A stretch of 64,000 nt of DNA from an uncultured Verrucomicrobiae bacterium (GTDB lineage: Bacteria; Verrucomicrobiota; Verrucomicrobiia; Chthoniobacterales; Chthoniobacteraceae), in NCBI GenBank assembly GCA_963769025.1, contig CAVYKI010000004.1, positions 1 through 64,000 on the forward strand, in the 5' to 3' direction. The position numbers and the translations under genes are program-made. A model generated the notes under the pieces. The model was not told the DNA's origin and made no database searches. It saw only the letters and a program-made list of their open reading frames with translations. This document shows positions 42,674 through 55,400 of the stretch, piece by piece (the stretch's first letter is position 1; the number at the start of each line of letters is the position of its first letter).

Positions 42674-45600
42674 ATGAAAGCGATCCGCACCATCCCGATT
42701 CTCCTCTCCTTTTTCCTCCTCTCGCTCTCGGTCCACGGTGCGGGAAAACGCGATGCGCAATGGAAGGAGGTCCAGGTCGCCGAGAACCAGGGACTGCCGA
42801 AGACGGCCATCGAGAAGCTCGGGCCGATCATCGATGCCGCGGTGAGCGAGAAGGCGTGGCCGGAGGCGATCAAGGCGATCGCGCGGAAGATCGCGTTCGA
42901 GGGGCAGATCGAGGGGAACAAGGCGGAGGAAAAAATCACGCGGATGGAGGCGGAGATCGCGAAGGCGCCGAAGGAAATGGTGCCGGTGATGGACGCGATT
43001 CTCGCCAACTGGTATTGGCATTACTTCCAGCAGAACCGCTACCGTTTCCTGCGCCGGACGGCGACGGCGGAGGCGCCGGGCAAGGATATCACGACTTGGG
43101 ATCTGCCGCGGCTCTTTGCGGAGATCGACAAGCAGTTCACCAAGGCGCTCGCGGCGGCGGATGAGCTGAAGAAAATCCCGGTGGCAGACTACGACGAACT
43201 GCTGCTGAAAGGCACGGTGCCGGACAGCTACCGGCCGACGCTGTACGATTTCATCGCGCACGAGGCGCTGACGTTTTACGCGTCCGGAGAGCAGGCGGCG
43301 TCGAAGGCGGAGGACTCCTTCGAGCTTGCGGCGGAGGGCCCGATCTTTGCGACGGCGGAGGAGTTTCTGAAATGGGAGCCTGCGGCGACGGACACGGACT
43401 CGATCACGCTGAAAGCGGTGAAGCTTTTTCAGGACCTGATGCGCTTCCACGCGGAGGATGCGGACAAGTCGGCGCTTCTGCATGCGGATCTGTCGCGGCT
43501 GATTTTCGGGAATAACCGGGCCTTCGGCGAGGAGAAGGCGACGCGCTACAAGGCGCGCGCTGAAGCATTTCGTCGATCAATGGGCGGACCACGAGATTTC
43601 CGCATGGGCGCGCTTTGAATGGGCGCATGTGCTGCACAAGAGAACGAACTGGTGGAGGCGCACAAGATCGCGAAGCAGGGCGAGCAGACCTACCCGAACA
43701 GCATCGGCGGAAAGCTGTGCTTCAACCTCGTGAGCAGATCGAGGCGAAGTCCTCGCGGATCGAGACCGAGCGCGTGTGGAATGCGCCGCTGCCGACGATC
43801 GACGTGCATTACCGCAATCGTGACGGAGATCCATTTCCGCATCGTGCGGCAGGATTGGGCGGAGCGGATGAAACGCGGCAGCGATCGCCCGGAGTGGATG
43901 GAACAGAATGAGCGCAAGTCGCTGCTGGGGATGAAGCCCGAGCTGGAGTGGTCGGAGAAGCTGCCTGCGACGGACGATTTCCGCGAGCGTGTGGAGCAGC
44001 TGCCGGCGCCGAAGGATCTGAAGCCGGGCTACTACTTCCTCATCGCGAGCCACGACAAGGGATTCACGGACAGGAACAACGTCGTGTCCTTTTCAGACAT
44101 CTGGGTGAGCGACCTCGCGCTCGTGATGCGGTGGCATTACGGCGACGCAAAGCTCGGCGGATTCGTGCTCGATGCGCGCTCCGGCGATCCGATTCAGGGC
44201 GCGAACGTGCAATTCTGGCCGCGGAACAATCAGGGCAAGTATTTCGCAGGGGAAAAGACCACGACGGATGCGAATGGCGCTTCTCCGGCCAGCCGGGGCT
44301 GAACGGAGCGGTCTTGTGCACGTCGACTTTCAAGGAGCAGCGAACTCGCGACGGGGAACGACTATTCAAATCATCGGAACAACCCGAGGCCGGACGTATT
44401 GATGCAGACGATCTTTTTCACGGATCGCTCGCTGTACCGGCCGGGGCAGACGGTGCAGTACAAGGGCATCTGCATCCGCGGCGGATCGGGACAAGGACGA
44501 CTACAAGACCCTCGGCGGGCAGACGCTCACGGTGGTTTTTCAGGACGTGAACGGGAAGGAAATCGCGCGGCAGGCGCACCAGGCGAATGACTACGGATCG
44601 TTCAGCGGGAGCTTCACCGCGCCGCGCGACCGGCTCGCGGGGCGGATGATGATCCGGGTCGGCGGACGCGCCGGCGGGCGGTGCGTCGTTCAACGTCGAG
44701 GAATACAAGCGGCCGAAATTCCAGGTGACGCTCGATGCGCCGAAAGACCGCGGCGAAGCTCAATGCGAAGGTCGAGGTGAACGGCAAGGCGACATCGTAC
44801 ACCGGCGCGGCGATCGGCGGGGCGCAAGGTGCGCTACCGCGTCGTGCGCGAAGTGCGGTTTCCGATCTGGTGGGGCGCATGTTTTTGGTGGCGGCCCATG
44901 CCGTCGAGCCCGAGCCAGGAGATCGCGCACGGCACGGCGATGACGAAGGACGACGGCGCGTTTGCGATCGAGTTCACCGCGAAGCCCGATGCGTCGGTGT
45001 CTGGAAAAGGACGAGCCGACTTTCCAATACACGGTGTATGCCGACGTGACCGACACGACCGGCGAGACGCGCTCGGCGCAGCGCGCGGTGAATGTCGGCT
45101 ACACGGCGCTGCAAGGCATCGCTCGCCGCGGACGAGTGGCACACGGATGAGAAGGCGGTGGAGATCCGCATCGCGACCGAGAGCCTCGACGGCGAGGGCC
45201 GGAGCGCGAAGGGCGTGGTGAAGATTTACCATCTGCAAGCAGCCGGACAAAGTGATGCGTCCCTCACTGTCCGGCCCGAGGCCGATGCCGTATCGCGGGA
45301 AAGTCACGGTGGCGGCGGGGACAAGCCGAAGCCCGATCCGGCGAATCCGAATTCATGGGAACTCGGCAAGCTCGCGGCGGAGCGTGATTTTGCGACGGAC
45401 GGCGCAGGGAAGGGGATCGATTTCCGCAAAGCTCGCCGCCGGGCCTTACCGCGCGATGCTGGAGACGAAGGACGCCTTTGGCAAAAAGGTCACCGCGCAA
45501 GTGCAGCTCCACGTGCTGAAGCTCGACAACAAGAGCCTCGCCGTGAAAATCCCGAACCTCGTCGCCGCGCCGAAGTGGACGCTGGAGCCGGGCGACGGAA

Positions 45601-48600
45601 TTCATGGCGCTGTGGGGCACGGGCTACGACGCAGGGGCGCGCATTCATCGAGATCGAGCATCGCGGGAAAATGCTCCAGGCGTTCTGGACGGAACTCGGG
45701 CTGGCGCAGCAGCAGGTGAAACAGAAGGTGACCGAGGCGATGCGCGGCGGCTTCACGCTGCACGTGACGATGGTGCGCGAGAACCGCGCCTATCTCACCT
45801 CGCGCCGCGTGGACGTGCCGTGGAGCAACAAGAAGCTCACGGTGAAATGGGAGCACTTTGTCTCCAAGCTGGAGCCTGCGGCGAAGGAGACGTGGACCGC
45901 GGTGATCACCGGTCCGGATGCGAAGAAGGCCGTCGCCGAGATGGTGGCGGCGCTCTACGACCAGTCGCTCGATGCGTATCTCCCGCACCACTGGCAGCAG
46001 GCGTTCGGCGTGTTCCGGCAGGATCACTCACGCGCTGCAAAAGCAGTTCGAGAATTCGCTGAAGCAACTCCAGCACCTGCAGGGACGGTGGCCGATGGCG
46101 CAGCAGTCCGTGCCGGTGACGCTACCGCAGGTATCCGGAGGCGATTTCCGCGAACATCTGGAACGCGTATTTCGGGCATGCGCAACCGGGGGTTCGCGCC
46201 ATGGCCGGCGCGCCGATGCCGGCCACGGCCGCGCCGATGGCAGCGGCCGCCGCGCCAATGGAACGCAGATGATGCGCAAAGGGCGAAGGCAGTGAATGCG
46301 ATGCGCAAGGCCGCACACCGCCGGCAGCGACAAGCCGGACGCAAGCGACGAAGGCGGCGCCACCGCCCGCCGCCTCCCGGCCCCGATTTGAGCAAGGTCT
46401 CGGCGCGGAAGAATCTGAACGAAACGGCGTTCTTTTTCCCGCAACTCCTCGCGCGCGATGACGGCTCGGTGGCGATGGAGTTCACGATGCCGGAGGCGCT
46501 CACGACTTGGAAATTCATGGGCTTCGCGCACGACCGCGATCTGCGCTCGGGCTTCATCGAGGACAAGGTGATCACCTCGAAGGACATCATGGTGCAGCCG
46601 AATCCGCCGCGCTTTCTGCGCGAGGGCGACGTGCTGGAATTCACGGTGAAGGTGTCGAACCAGTCCGCCGACGCAAGCAGGCCGGCACGGTGCGGCTCAC
46701 GCTCGCCGATGCGCGCACGGGCAAGCCCGTGGACGCAGCAGTTCGGCAACACGACCGACCGATCAGACGCTTCGATCTGCCGGCGAGGAAGTCGCGCAGC
46801 TTCTCGTGGAAGCTGAAGGTGCCCGATGGCGCGGACCCGCTGAGCTACAAGGCCGTCGGCTCGACGGGCCGGCTCTCGGATGGCGAGGAAGGACTGCTGC
46901 CCGTGCTCTCGCGTCGCACGCTCGTGACGGAGTCGCTGCCGCTGCCCATCCGCGGAGCGCAGACGAAGAAGTTTGAGTTCACCAAGCTGATCGAGTCCGG
47001 CAAATCGGACACGCTGAAATCGCAGAGCCTCACGGTGCAGATGGTGTCGAACCCCTCGTGGTATGCGGTGATGGCGCTGCCGTACCTCATGGAGTTCCCG
47101 CACGAATGCACGCGAGCAGACATTCAACCGGCTCTACGCGAACTCGCTCGCGCGCCACATCGCGGCGTCCGATCCGAAAATCCGCCACATCTTCGACCAG
47201 TGGAAAGGCACGCCAGCGCTCGACAGTCCGCTGGAGAAAAACCAGGACCTCAAGTCGGTGATCCTCGAGGAGACGCCGTGGGTGCGGCAGGCGCAGGCGG
47301 AGAGCCAGGCGCGGCGGAATGTCGGCATTCTCTTCGACGACAACCGGCTCAACGACGAGACCGCGCGGCTGCTGCGCAAGCTCGGCGAACAGCAACTCGG
47401 CGACGGCATGTGGCCGTGGTTCCCCGGCGGTCGCGGGAACGAATACATCACGCTCTACATCACCACGGGCTTTGGACGCCTGCGGCATCTCGGCGTGAAA
47501 ATTGACACGACGCCCGCGGTCAAGGCGCTCGGCTCGCTGGATCAATGGATCGACCGAACACGTATCGCGAGATTCTGAAACACGGGCACAAAGACGGCAA
47601 TCATCTCAGCCCGACGATCGCGTTCTATCTCTATGGCCGCAGCTTCTTCCTCGGGGAAAAACCGATCGCGCCGCAGCACAAGGAGGCCGTGGATTATTTC
47701 CTCGGCCAGGCGCGCAAGTATTGGCTGAAGCTGGATCGCCAGTCGCAGGGGCACCTCGCGATTGCGCTGAAGCGCTTCGGCGACAAGCCGAGCGCCGAGG
47801 GCATCGTGCACTCGATCAAGGAATTCTCCGTGGAGAACGAGGAGATGGGGATGTTCTGGCGCGACACCGAGCAGTCTTGGTGGTGGTACCGCGCGCCCAT
47901 CGAGACGCAGGCGCTCATGATCGAGGCCTTCGACGAAGTGATGAACGACGCGAAGGCCGTCGAGGACTGCAAGGTGTGGCTGCTCAAGCAAAAGCAGACG
48001 CAGGATTGGAAGACGACGAAGGCGACCGCCGATGCGATCTACGCGCTGCTGCTTCGCGGCGACAACGTCCTCGCGTCCGACGAACTCGTGCAGCTCACGC
48101 TCGGCGGCGAAGACGATCAAGCCCGAGAAGGTCGAGGCCGGCACCGGCTTCTACGAGCAGAAATTCGTGCGCGGCGAGATCAAGCCCGAGCAGGGACACA
48201 TCACGCTGAAGAAAGTCGACAAGGGCGTCGCGTGGGGCAGCGTCCACTGGCAATACCTCGAGGACATGAGCAAGGTGACCGCCTACGAAGGCACGCCGCT
48301 GAAGCTCACGAAGACGCTTTTCACCCGCCAGCTCACGAAGAAAGGCCCGGTGCTCGAACCCGTGAAAGGCGCGGTGAAAGTCGGCGATGAACTGGTCGTG
48401 CGCATCGTCCTGCGCACGGATCGCGACATGGAATACATCCACCTCAAGGACTACCGCGGCAGCGGCACCGAGCCGGTGAATGTGCTCTCGCGCTACAAGT
48501 TCCAGGACGGTCTCGCCTACTACGAGACGACCCGCGACACCGCGAGCCACTTCTTCATCGATTACCTGCCGAAGGGAAACTACGTCTTCGAATACATCAC

Positions 48601-48709
48601 ACGCGTCGTCCACAAGGGCCGCTACCAGACGGGCTTCGCCGACATCCAGTGCATGTATGCCCCGGAATTCAACAGCCACTCGGAAAGCATCTGGGTCGTG
48701 GCGGAGTAG
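42674..48709 (+). CDS. Bacterial alpha-2-macroglobulin family protein (many indels)
   Basis: FTDRSLYRPGQTV (MG2), VEEYKRPKF, RKNLNETAFFFP, PNPPRFLREGD, ECTEQ thioester region, WLLKQKQTQDW, MYAPEF. Confidence 0.92.
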
Positions 48710-48848
48710 TTCGAGCGCCTGAAGAACGCCAATCAACACGTTCGCTCCGGCTTACGATGGCCGGTGGGATTTCATTGCCGACAAGATGGGGCAACCTTTC
48801 GCCAATCGGCGGCAAGCCATGCCGCTTGGAGCGACGGAGTGTAAGCTT

Positions 48849-49259
48849 ATGAAAACGCGATTTGTTTTGATTCCGATGGTCGCGGCCCTCGTTGCGCTGA
48901 CCGGCACATGGTTCAGCCACGCACAGACCACGAACGAGGCCACGACGAGAGAAATCATGAAGCTCAAGTTGGACTACGCCCAGAGCCTCCTGACCGGGAT
49001 CGCCACGGAAAACTACGACCTCATTTCCCTCAACGCGGACAGCCTCAGCAGACTCAGTCAGGCAGCGGCGTGGCGTGTGCGTCAGACTCCGCAGTATGAA
49101 TTGTTCAGCGCGGAATTCCGCAGGCACGTGGAAGCCGTATCCAAGGCTGCCAAGGATCGAAATCTGGACGCCGCGTCGCTCGCATATGTCCAGATGACCC
49201 TGAGCTGTGTTCAGTGCCACAAATACATGCGCGGCGCGAAGACGGCGAGTCTGCGGTAG
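48849..49259 (+). CDS. Secreted helical c-type cytochrome (C-terminal CxxCH, cytochrome c'-like)
   Basis: Signal peptide; helical body; MTLSCVQCHKYMR near the C-terminus. Confidence 0.75.
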   Translation: MKTRFVLIPMVAALVALTGTWFSHAQTTNEATTREIMKLKLDYAQSLLTGIATENYDLISLNADSLSRLSQAAAWRVRQTPQYELFSAEFRRHVEAVSKAAKDRNLDAASLAYVQMTLSCVQCHKYMRGAKTASLR

Positions 49260-49558
49260 GCTGACAAGCGGCTGCCGGGATTCTGTTTGAATCGCGACGC
49301 AGCGACGGGTGCGAAGGACGAGGCAGGCACTTCGCCTCCCTTTTTTCCCGTAGCGGATACGCCTGCCCTGTCTCGACACTGGCAGCGTTGCACACCGCGG
49401 CGCTCCGATGCCTCGCGGGGTGCGCCGCGATCATGCGGATCCGAAAAGTGCGATCGCAGATCAAAACGGACGGCAGCACTTGCGGTTCGCTTCTCGGGAT
49501 ATCGTGACTTGTTCTCGCCGGAGCGCGCATCTTCCATCGTGCCCCCTATCCTTTTTCC

Positions 49559-52378
49559 ATGAATCGACGCTTCCTCTCTCCGTTCGTTGCGATGTCGTGC
49601 TGGCTCTCCTGCGGTATCCCCGGCGCGGCTGACGGCGCGGATTTCCCCGCGATCTTCAACACCGAGAAGACGCCCGGCGGGCCGATGCCGGCGGAGGAGG
49701 CGGCGCGCACGATGGAACTGCCGCCGGGATTTTCGTGCAAGGTCTTCGCGGCGGAGCCGGATGTGCAGCAGCCGATCGCGATGGCTTGGGATGCGCGCGG
49801 GCGGCTGTGGGTCGCGGAGTGCTACACCTACGCCGAGAATCCCGCGCGCTGGAACACGGACCTGCGCGACCGCATCGTGATCTTCGAGGACACAGACAAT
49901 GACGGGCGTTTCGACAAGCGGACGGTTTTCTGGGACGAAGGCGTGCGGCTCACGAGCATCGAGCTCGGCAATGGCGGCGTGTATGCGCTGTGCGCGCCGA
50001 ACCTGATTTTCATCCCGGACAAAAATGGCGACGACAAGCCCGATGGTCCGCCGGAGGTGCTGCTCGACGGGTTCAATTTCAAGACGATCGGCCACAACAT
50101 CGTGAACGGCCTGCGCTGGGGGCCGGATGGGTGGCTCTACGGGCGCCACGGCATCACGGACACCTCGGCCATCGGCGCGCCCGGTACGCCGGGCAAGGAT
50201 CGGACGCGCATGAACTGCGGGATTTTCCGATACGATCCGGTGCGACGGAAATTCGAAGTCGTGCTCCATGGCGGCACGAATTCGTGGGGCATGGATTGGG
50301 ATGCAAATGGCGAGCTGTTCTGGATCAACACGGTCATCGGTCATCTTTTTCACGGCATTCCCGGGGCCTACAATGATCGGATGTTCGGCACGCACCTGAA
50401 TCCGCACGTCTATGAAACGATCAGGCAGACGGCCGACCACTACCACTTTGACCAGGGCAAGGAAAAGTGGGCCGACATCCGGAAAGGAATGAGCAGCACG
50501 ACGGACGACACTCGGCGGCGGACACGCGCACGTGGGTTGCGTCATCTACAACGGCGGCGTGTGGCCGAAGGAGTACGCGGGACGGCTCTTCACGTGCAGC
50601 CTGCACGGGAACCGCATCAACATGGACATCCTGGAGCGCGAAGGCTGCGGCTTTGTGGCGAGGCACGGCGCGGATTTCATGAAGTCGAAGGACACGTGGT
50701 TCCGCGGGATCGATCTCAGCACGGGGCCGGATGGGAGTGTGTTCGTGATCGACTGGAGCGACGCGGGCGAGTGCCATGACAACGACGGCGTGCATCGGAC
50801 GAGCGGGAGGATTTTCAAGGTCAGCTACGGGGCGGACCAGCCGGCGCGGACATTCGACCTCTCGAAGATGGACGACGCGGCTCTCGCGAAGGAAGCCGCC
50901 GCGCATCCGGGAAACAACTGGTGGCCTCGGATGATCGCCCGTGTCCGTGCGGACCGGGGCGCGCAGCCCGCGTTGCCGGCGGAACCGAAACTCGCGGATG
51001 CGAGCAGCAGCGACGGCCTCGTCCGTCTTCACACCGCGAGCGCGATGCAACGGCTCCCGCTCGAAGCGCGTTTTCCATTCGCCAGCGCGCTCGCCTCGCA
51101 CTCGGAGGACGCGAACGACCGGCAGCAGCCGCTCATGATTTGGTACGGCATCGAGCCCGCAGTGACGGCGTATCCGGACAAGGCGATTGGGCTCGTGATG
51201 GCGTCAAAGATTCCCACCGTGCGGCGGCTCGTGACCCGCCGGCTCACCGAGGAAATCGAGAAGACGCCCGGACCGGTGGACTCCCTGCTCGCCGCCGCGC
51301 TGGAGGACGGAAATGCGGACGCGCGGGAGGACATCGTGCGCGGGATGAGCGAGGCGTTGAAAGGCTTCCGGCAGGTCGCGAAGCCGGCGCACTGGGATGA
51401 GTTCGCGAAGGCGGCCGGCGCCGGGCAGGCCGACATGGTCCGCGATGTCTCACTCGTTTTCGGAAGCGGACGCGCGATGGACGAACTCGTCGCGCTCGTC
51501 CGAAAACCGATGGCGATCCGAATGCCCGGCAGAGCGCCTTCGCGTCGCTGCTGCGGAATCCGCAGCCGGAACATTTCCCGCTCGCACGGAGCATGATCAA
51601 CGACAAGGTCCTCGGCACCGCCGCGCGGCTCGGGCTCGCGAAGTTTGCCGATGACGACGTGCCGAAGACGCTGCTCGCCGCATGGCCCGAGCGAAGCCAG
51701 GAGTGGCGCGCCGCCAACGTCACGACCCTCGCGTCGCGCGCTGCGTGGGCGAAGGAACTGCTCGCCTACATCGCGAAACATCCGGCTGCGCGCGGCGACA
51801 TCACGCCATTCCACGCCCGGCAGATTCGCAACCTCGGCGATGAGGGAGTGAACGGGCAGCTCACGAAAGTCTGGGGCGAACTGCGCGACACGCCCGAGGC
51901 ACGGAAGGCGGAGATCGCAAAGTGGAAGTCGTTGCTCACCGCGGACTCGATTGCGAAAGCGGATGCCGGCAAAGGCCGGGCGCTTTTCGCCACCGCGTGC
52001 GCCTCGTGCCACAGGATGTATGGCGAGGGCGCGGCCATCGCCCCGGAACTCACCGGCAGCGACCGGCACAACCTCGATTACCTGCTGGAAAACATCGTCG
52101 ATCCGAACGCCGTGGTCCCCGCCGACTACCGCATGACTGTCGTGAAACTCAAGGATGGCCGCACGCTTAGCGGGGTGCTCCCCGAGCAGAACGATCGCGT
52201 CGTCACCGTGCAGACGCCTGCGGAGCGCGTGGCGGTCCCGCGGAGCGACATCGCGGAGATGGAGGCGCTGTCGCAGAGCTTCATGCCCGAGGGCCTCATG
52301 GCCGCGCTCGGCGAGGAGAACGCGAAGCACCTCATCGCCTACCTGATGGGCAACGGCCAGGTGCCGCTGCCGAAGTAG
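49559..52378 (+). CDS. PVC-type membrane-bound dehydrogenase-domain / heme-binding CxxCH protein (indels near 50510 and 51505-51575)
   Basis: FAAEPDVQQPIAMAWDARGRLWVAE, GLRWGPDGWLY, GPDGSVFVIDW, CASCH, PELTG, IVDPNAVV, SFMPEGL. Confidence 0.88.
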
Positions 52379-52426
52379 CGGGGCGGGAAGCTCCGAAGGT
52401 GGCGCGCTGGGGAATGGGCGGACGAA

Positions 52427-55400
52427 TTGGCGTCGAACGGCGCTTGCGGTCGGGGCCGTTCCCGCGACATTCCGGACCGTTTGACACCCCTCAGAACAAT
52501 CCTTTTCCGGCTGGGCATCCTGCTCGGCCTCGTGCGCGGCGCGGTCGCGCAGGAAACGCTCGCGGACTGGCTGAATGCGCCAGACGCGCGGCTGGCCGAC
52601 CCGGTGCACCGCGCGCAGGTGGTGGAAAAGGCGCGCGCATTTTCCGGGCAGCGCAAGGCGGCGGCGCACGCAAAGGCGGCGCAGCTCGGGCTGCCTCTGC
52701 GGCGGGTGCTGCCGAATGGCCGGGTGAGCGAGCTCATGGATTTCAAGGGGGAACGGCCGCTCTATTTCATCACGCACAATGTCAGCGCGGCGATCTCCTC
52801 GGGCGCGAACCTGCTGCAGGCCGCACCCTACTCGATGAATGGCGCGGGGCTGACCGTCGGCGTGTGGGACGGCGGCGGTGCGTGCTCCACGCATCAGGAA
52901 TTCGGGACGCGCGTCACGATCCTCGACGGCGGCGCGCTGGTGGATCATGCCACGCACGTCACGGGGACCATCGCGGCGGCGGGCACGGTCGCGTCGGCGA
53001 AGGGCATGGCGCCGGCGGCGCGCGTGGACTCGTATGAATGGACGAGCGACAAGAGCGAGATGACCGCGCGCGGGGCATCGTATCCCGGGGAAGCGGGGAA
53101 GATCTACCTCAGCAACCACAGCTACGGGTTCATCAGCGGCTGGAATTACACGGGGCTCAGCTCGCCACGCTGGAACTGGTACGGCTCGGGCACCACGGTC
53201 GCGAGCATCGAGCCCGATTTTGGAAAGTACGACACTAATGCGCGCGACACGGACTCGCTCGCCGCGGGCCTTCCCTATTACCTGATCTTCCGGAGCGCCG
53301 GGAATGACCGCCAGGATAACCCCGTCGCCGGCGAAGGGGTGTCGCTGACCACCGGCACCACGAGTGCCGTCGCCTACGATCCGGCGGCGCATCCGGCGGG
53401 CGATGGCGTTTATCGGAGCGGCTACGACACGATCGGCTACGACGCGGTGGCGAAAAACGTCGTCACGGTCGGCTCCGTCGGCGACGCGGTGAGTGGCGGC
53501 CTCCGGCAGGTGGCCAACGCGTACATGTCGTCGTATTCCTGTTGGGGGCCGACGGACGACGGGCGCATCAAGCCGGACCTCGTCGCCAACGGTGAGTCGC
53601 TTTACTCCGCATTTTCCGGGGCGAACAATGCGTACGGAACCTACAGCGGCACGAGCATGGCCACGCCGAGCGTGACGGGTTCGGCCGCGCTGCTGGTCAA
53701 TTGGTGGAACCAGCTTTTCCCCGGGCACGTGATGCGCGCGAGCACACTGAAAGCGCTGCTCATCCATACGGCGGATGATCGCGGCACCCCGGGGCCCGAC
53801 TACCAGTTTGGCTGGGGGCTCATGAACGTGAAGGGCGCGGCCGATCTCGCGCAGGCTTACAAGAACAGCCCCGGCACACGGCGGATCATCGAGGATCAGA
53901 TCACGACGACCGCCACCGCGCGCAGCTACAGCTTCACGTGGGACGGCAGCAGCCCGATCCGCGCGACCCTTTGCTGGACGGATCCCGCTGGAAGCGCGAC
54001 GACCACGAGCGACCTGCGCACGGCGCGGCTCGTCAACAATCTCGACCTGAAGATCAACGGCCCGACCGGTACGCTGCATCAGCCGTATGTGATGCCCTTC
54101 GTGGGAACGTGGACGACGGCGAATTTTTCCGCGGCTGCGACCACGGGGGTGAACAACACGGACAATGTCGAGCAGGTCCATGTTTCCGCACCGCCCACGG
54201 CGGGAGTGTACACGGCGGTCGTGACGTATTCGGGGGCGCTTACGAACAGCGCCCAGAATTTTTCGCTGATCCTCAGCGGTGGCGTGGCCAGCGCGACCGC
54301 CCCGGCGCCGACGGCCTCCGCGATTTCCCCAATCGTGGGAACCACAGGGACGATGGTCCTGACGCTGACCGGCGCCGGGTTCATGCCTGGTGCCAACGTG
54401 AAGCTCACGAAGAGCGGACAGGTGGACGTGCCGGCGACGGGGCAGGAAATCATCGGGAACAGTGCGAAGGTTCGCGTCAATGTGAACGGCATGGCCGCGG
54501 GACTGTGGAATGTGGTGGTCACAAATCCTGACGGGCTGGGTGTGACTCTCCCGAATGCCTTCACCATCGTCGGGCCGATCTGGCAGGAGGATTTCGAGAG
54601 CGGCGCAGCGGGATGGACGCACAGTGCCTCACCGACGTACACCATCGACAACTGGGCGCTGAGCACTGCGAAGAGCCACTCGGCGACGCAGTCGTATTTT
54701 GCCAGCGGGCCGGCGTCGAAAAATATCGAAGATCTGTATTCGCCAGTGTTCGCGATCCCGGCGGGATCCTCGAATCTTCGGCTCACTTTTTACCACGACT
54801 ATGATCTGCAAAGCACCCGCGATGGCGGCGTGATGGAGTTTTCCATCAACGGCGGCACGTGGTTTGATGTGATATCACCCAGTTCCGGCGCGGCGTTTTC
54901 CACCGGCGGCTACAATGCCACGCTCGCCAATACCAACCCCTCCTCTTCCCGCAACCCGCTGGCCGGACGCCCGGCGTGGACCGGAGTGAAGACGGGCTTC
55001 TCGCAGGTCGCCCTCGATCTCACCGACGCGGCCAAATACGCAGGGAAGAACCTGCAGGTGCGCTGGCGGCTTGCCACAAACGCCAGCACGGCCAGCAACG
55101 GCTGGTACATCGATGACATCGCCCTGGCGGGGGCCACATCTTCGAACCTCTCGCCGAGCATCGTCACTTCCGCCGCTGCGACTCCGTCGCCGGTGCCGGG
55201 CACGAGCACGGTTCTCACCGTGGAAGCCAGCGACGACGGCGGTGAGCCTGGTCTCACCTACACTTGGTCGGCCACGGGCGGCACATTCCAGCGCCCGGTG
55301 ACCTTTAGCGAAAACGGCACCAACGCCGCCAAGACAACCACCGCCACCTTTGCGATCGCCGGTGACTATACGTGCACGGTCACGGTCCGCGATGCGGCGG

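Noticed and set aside
49260..49558. 300-bp intergenic region as a possible ncRNA
   Set aside because: No convincing long helices or recognisable riboswitch motifs by eye.
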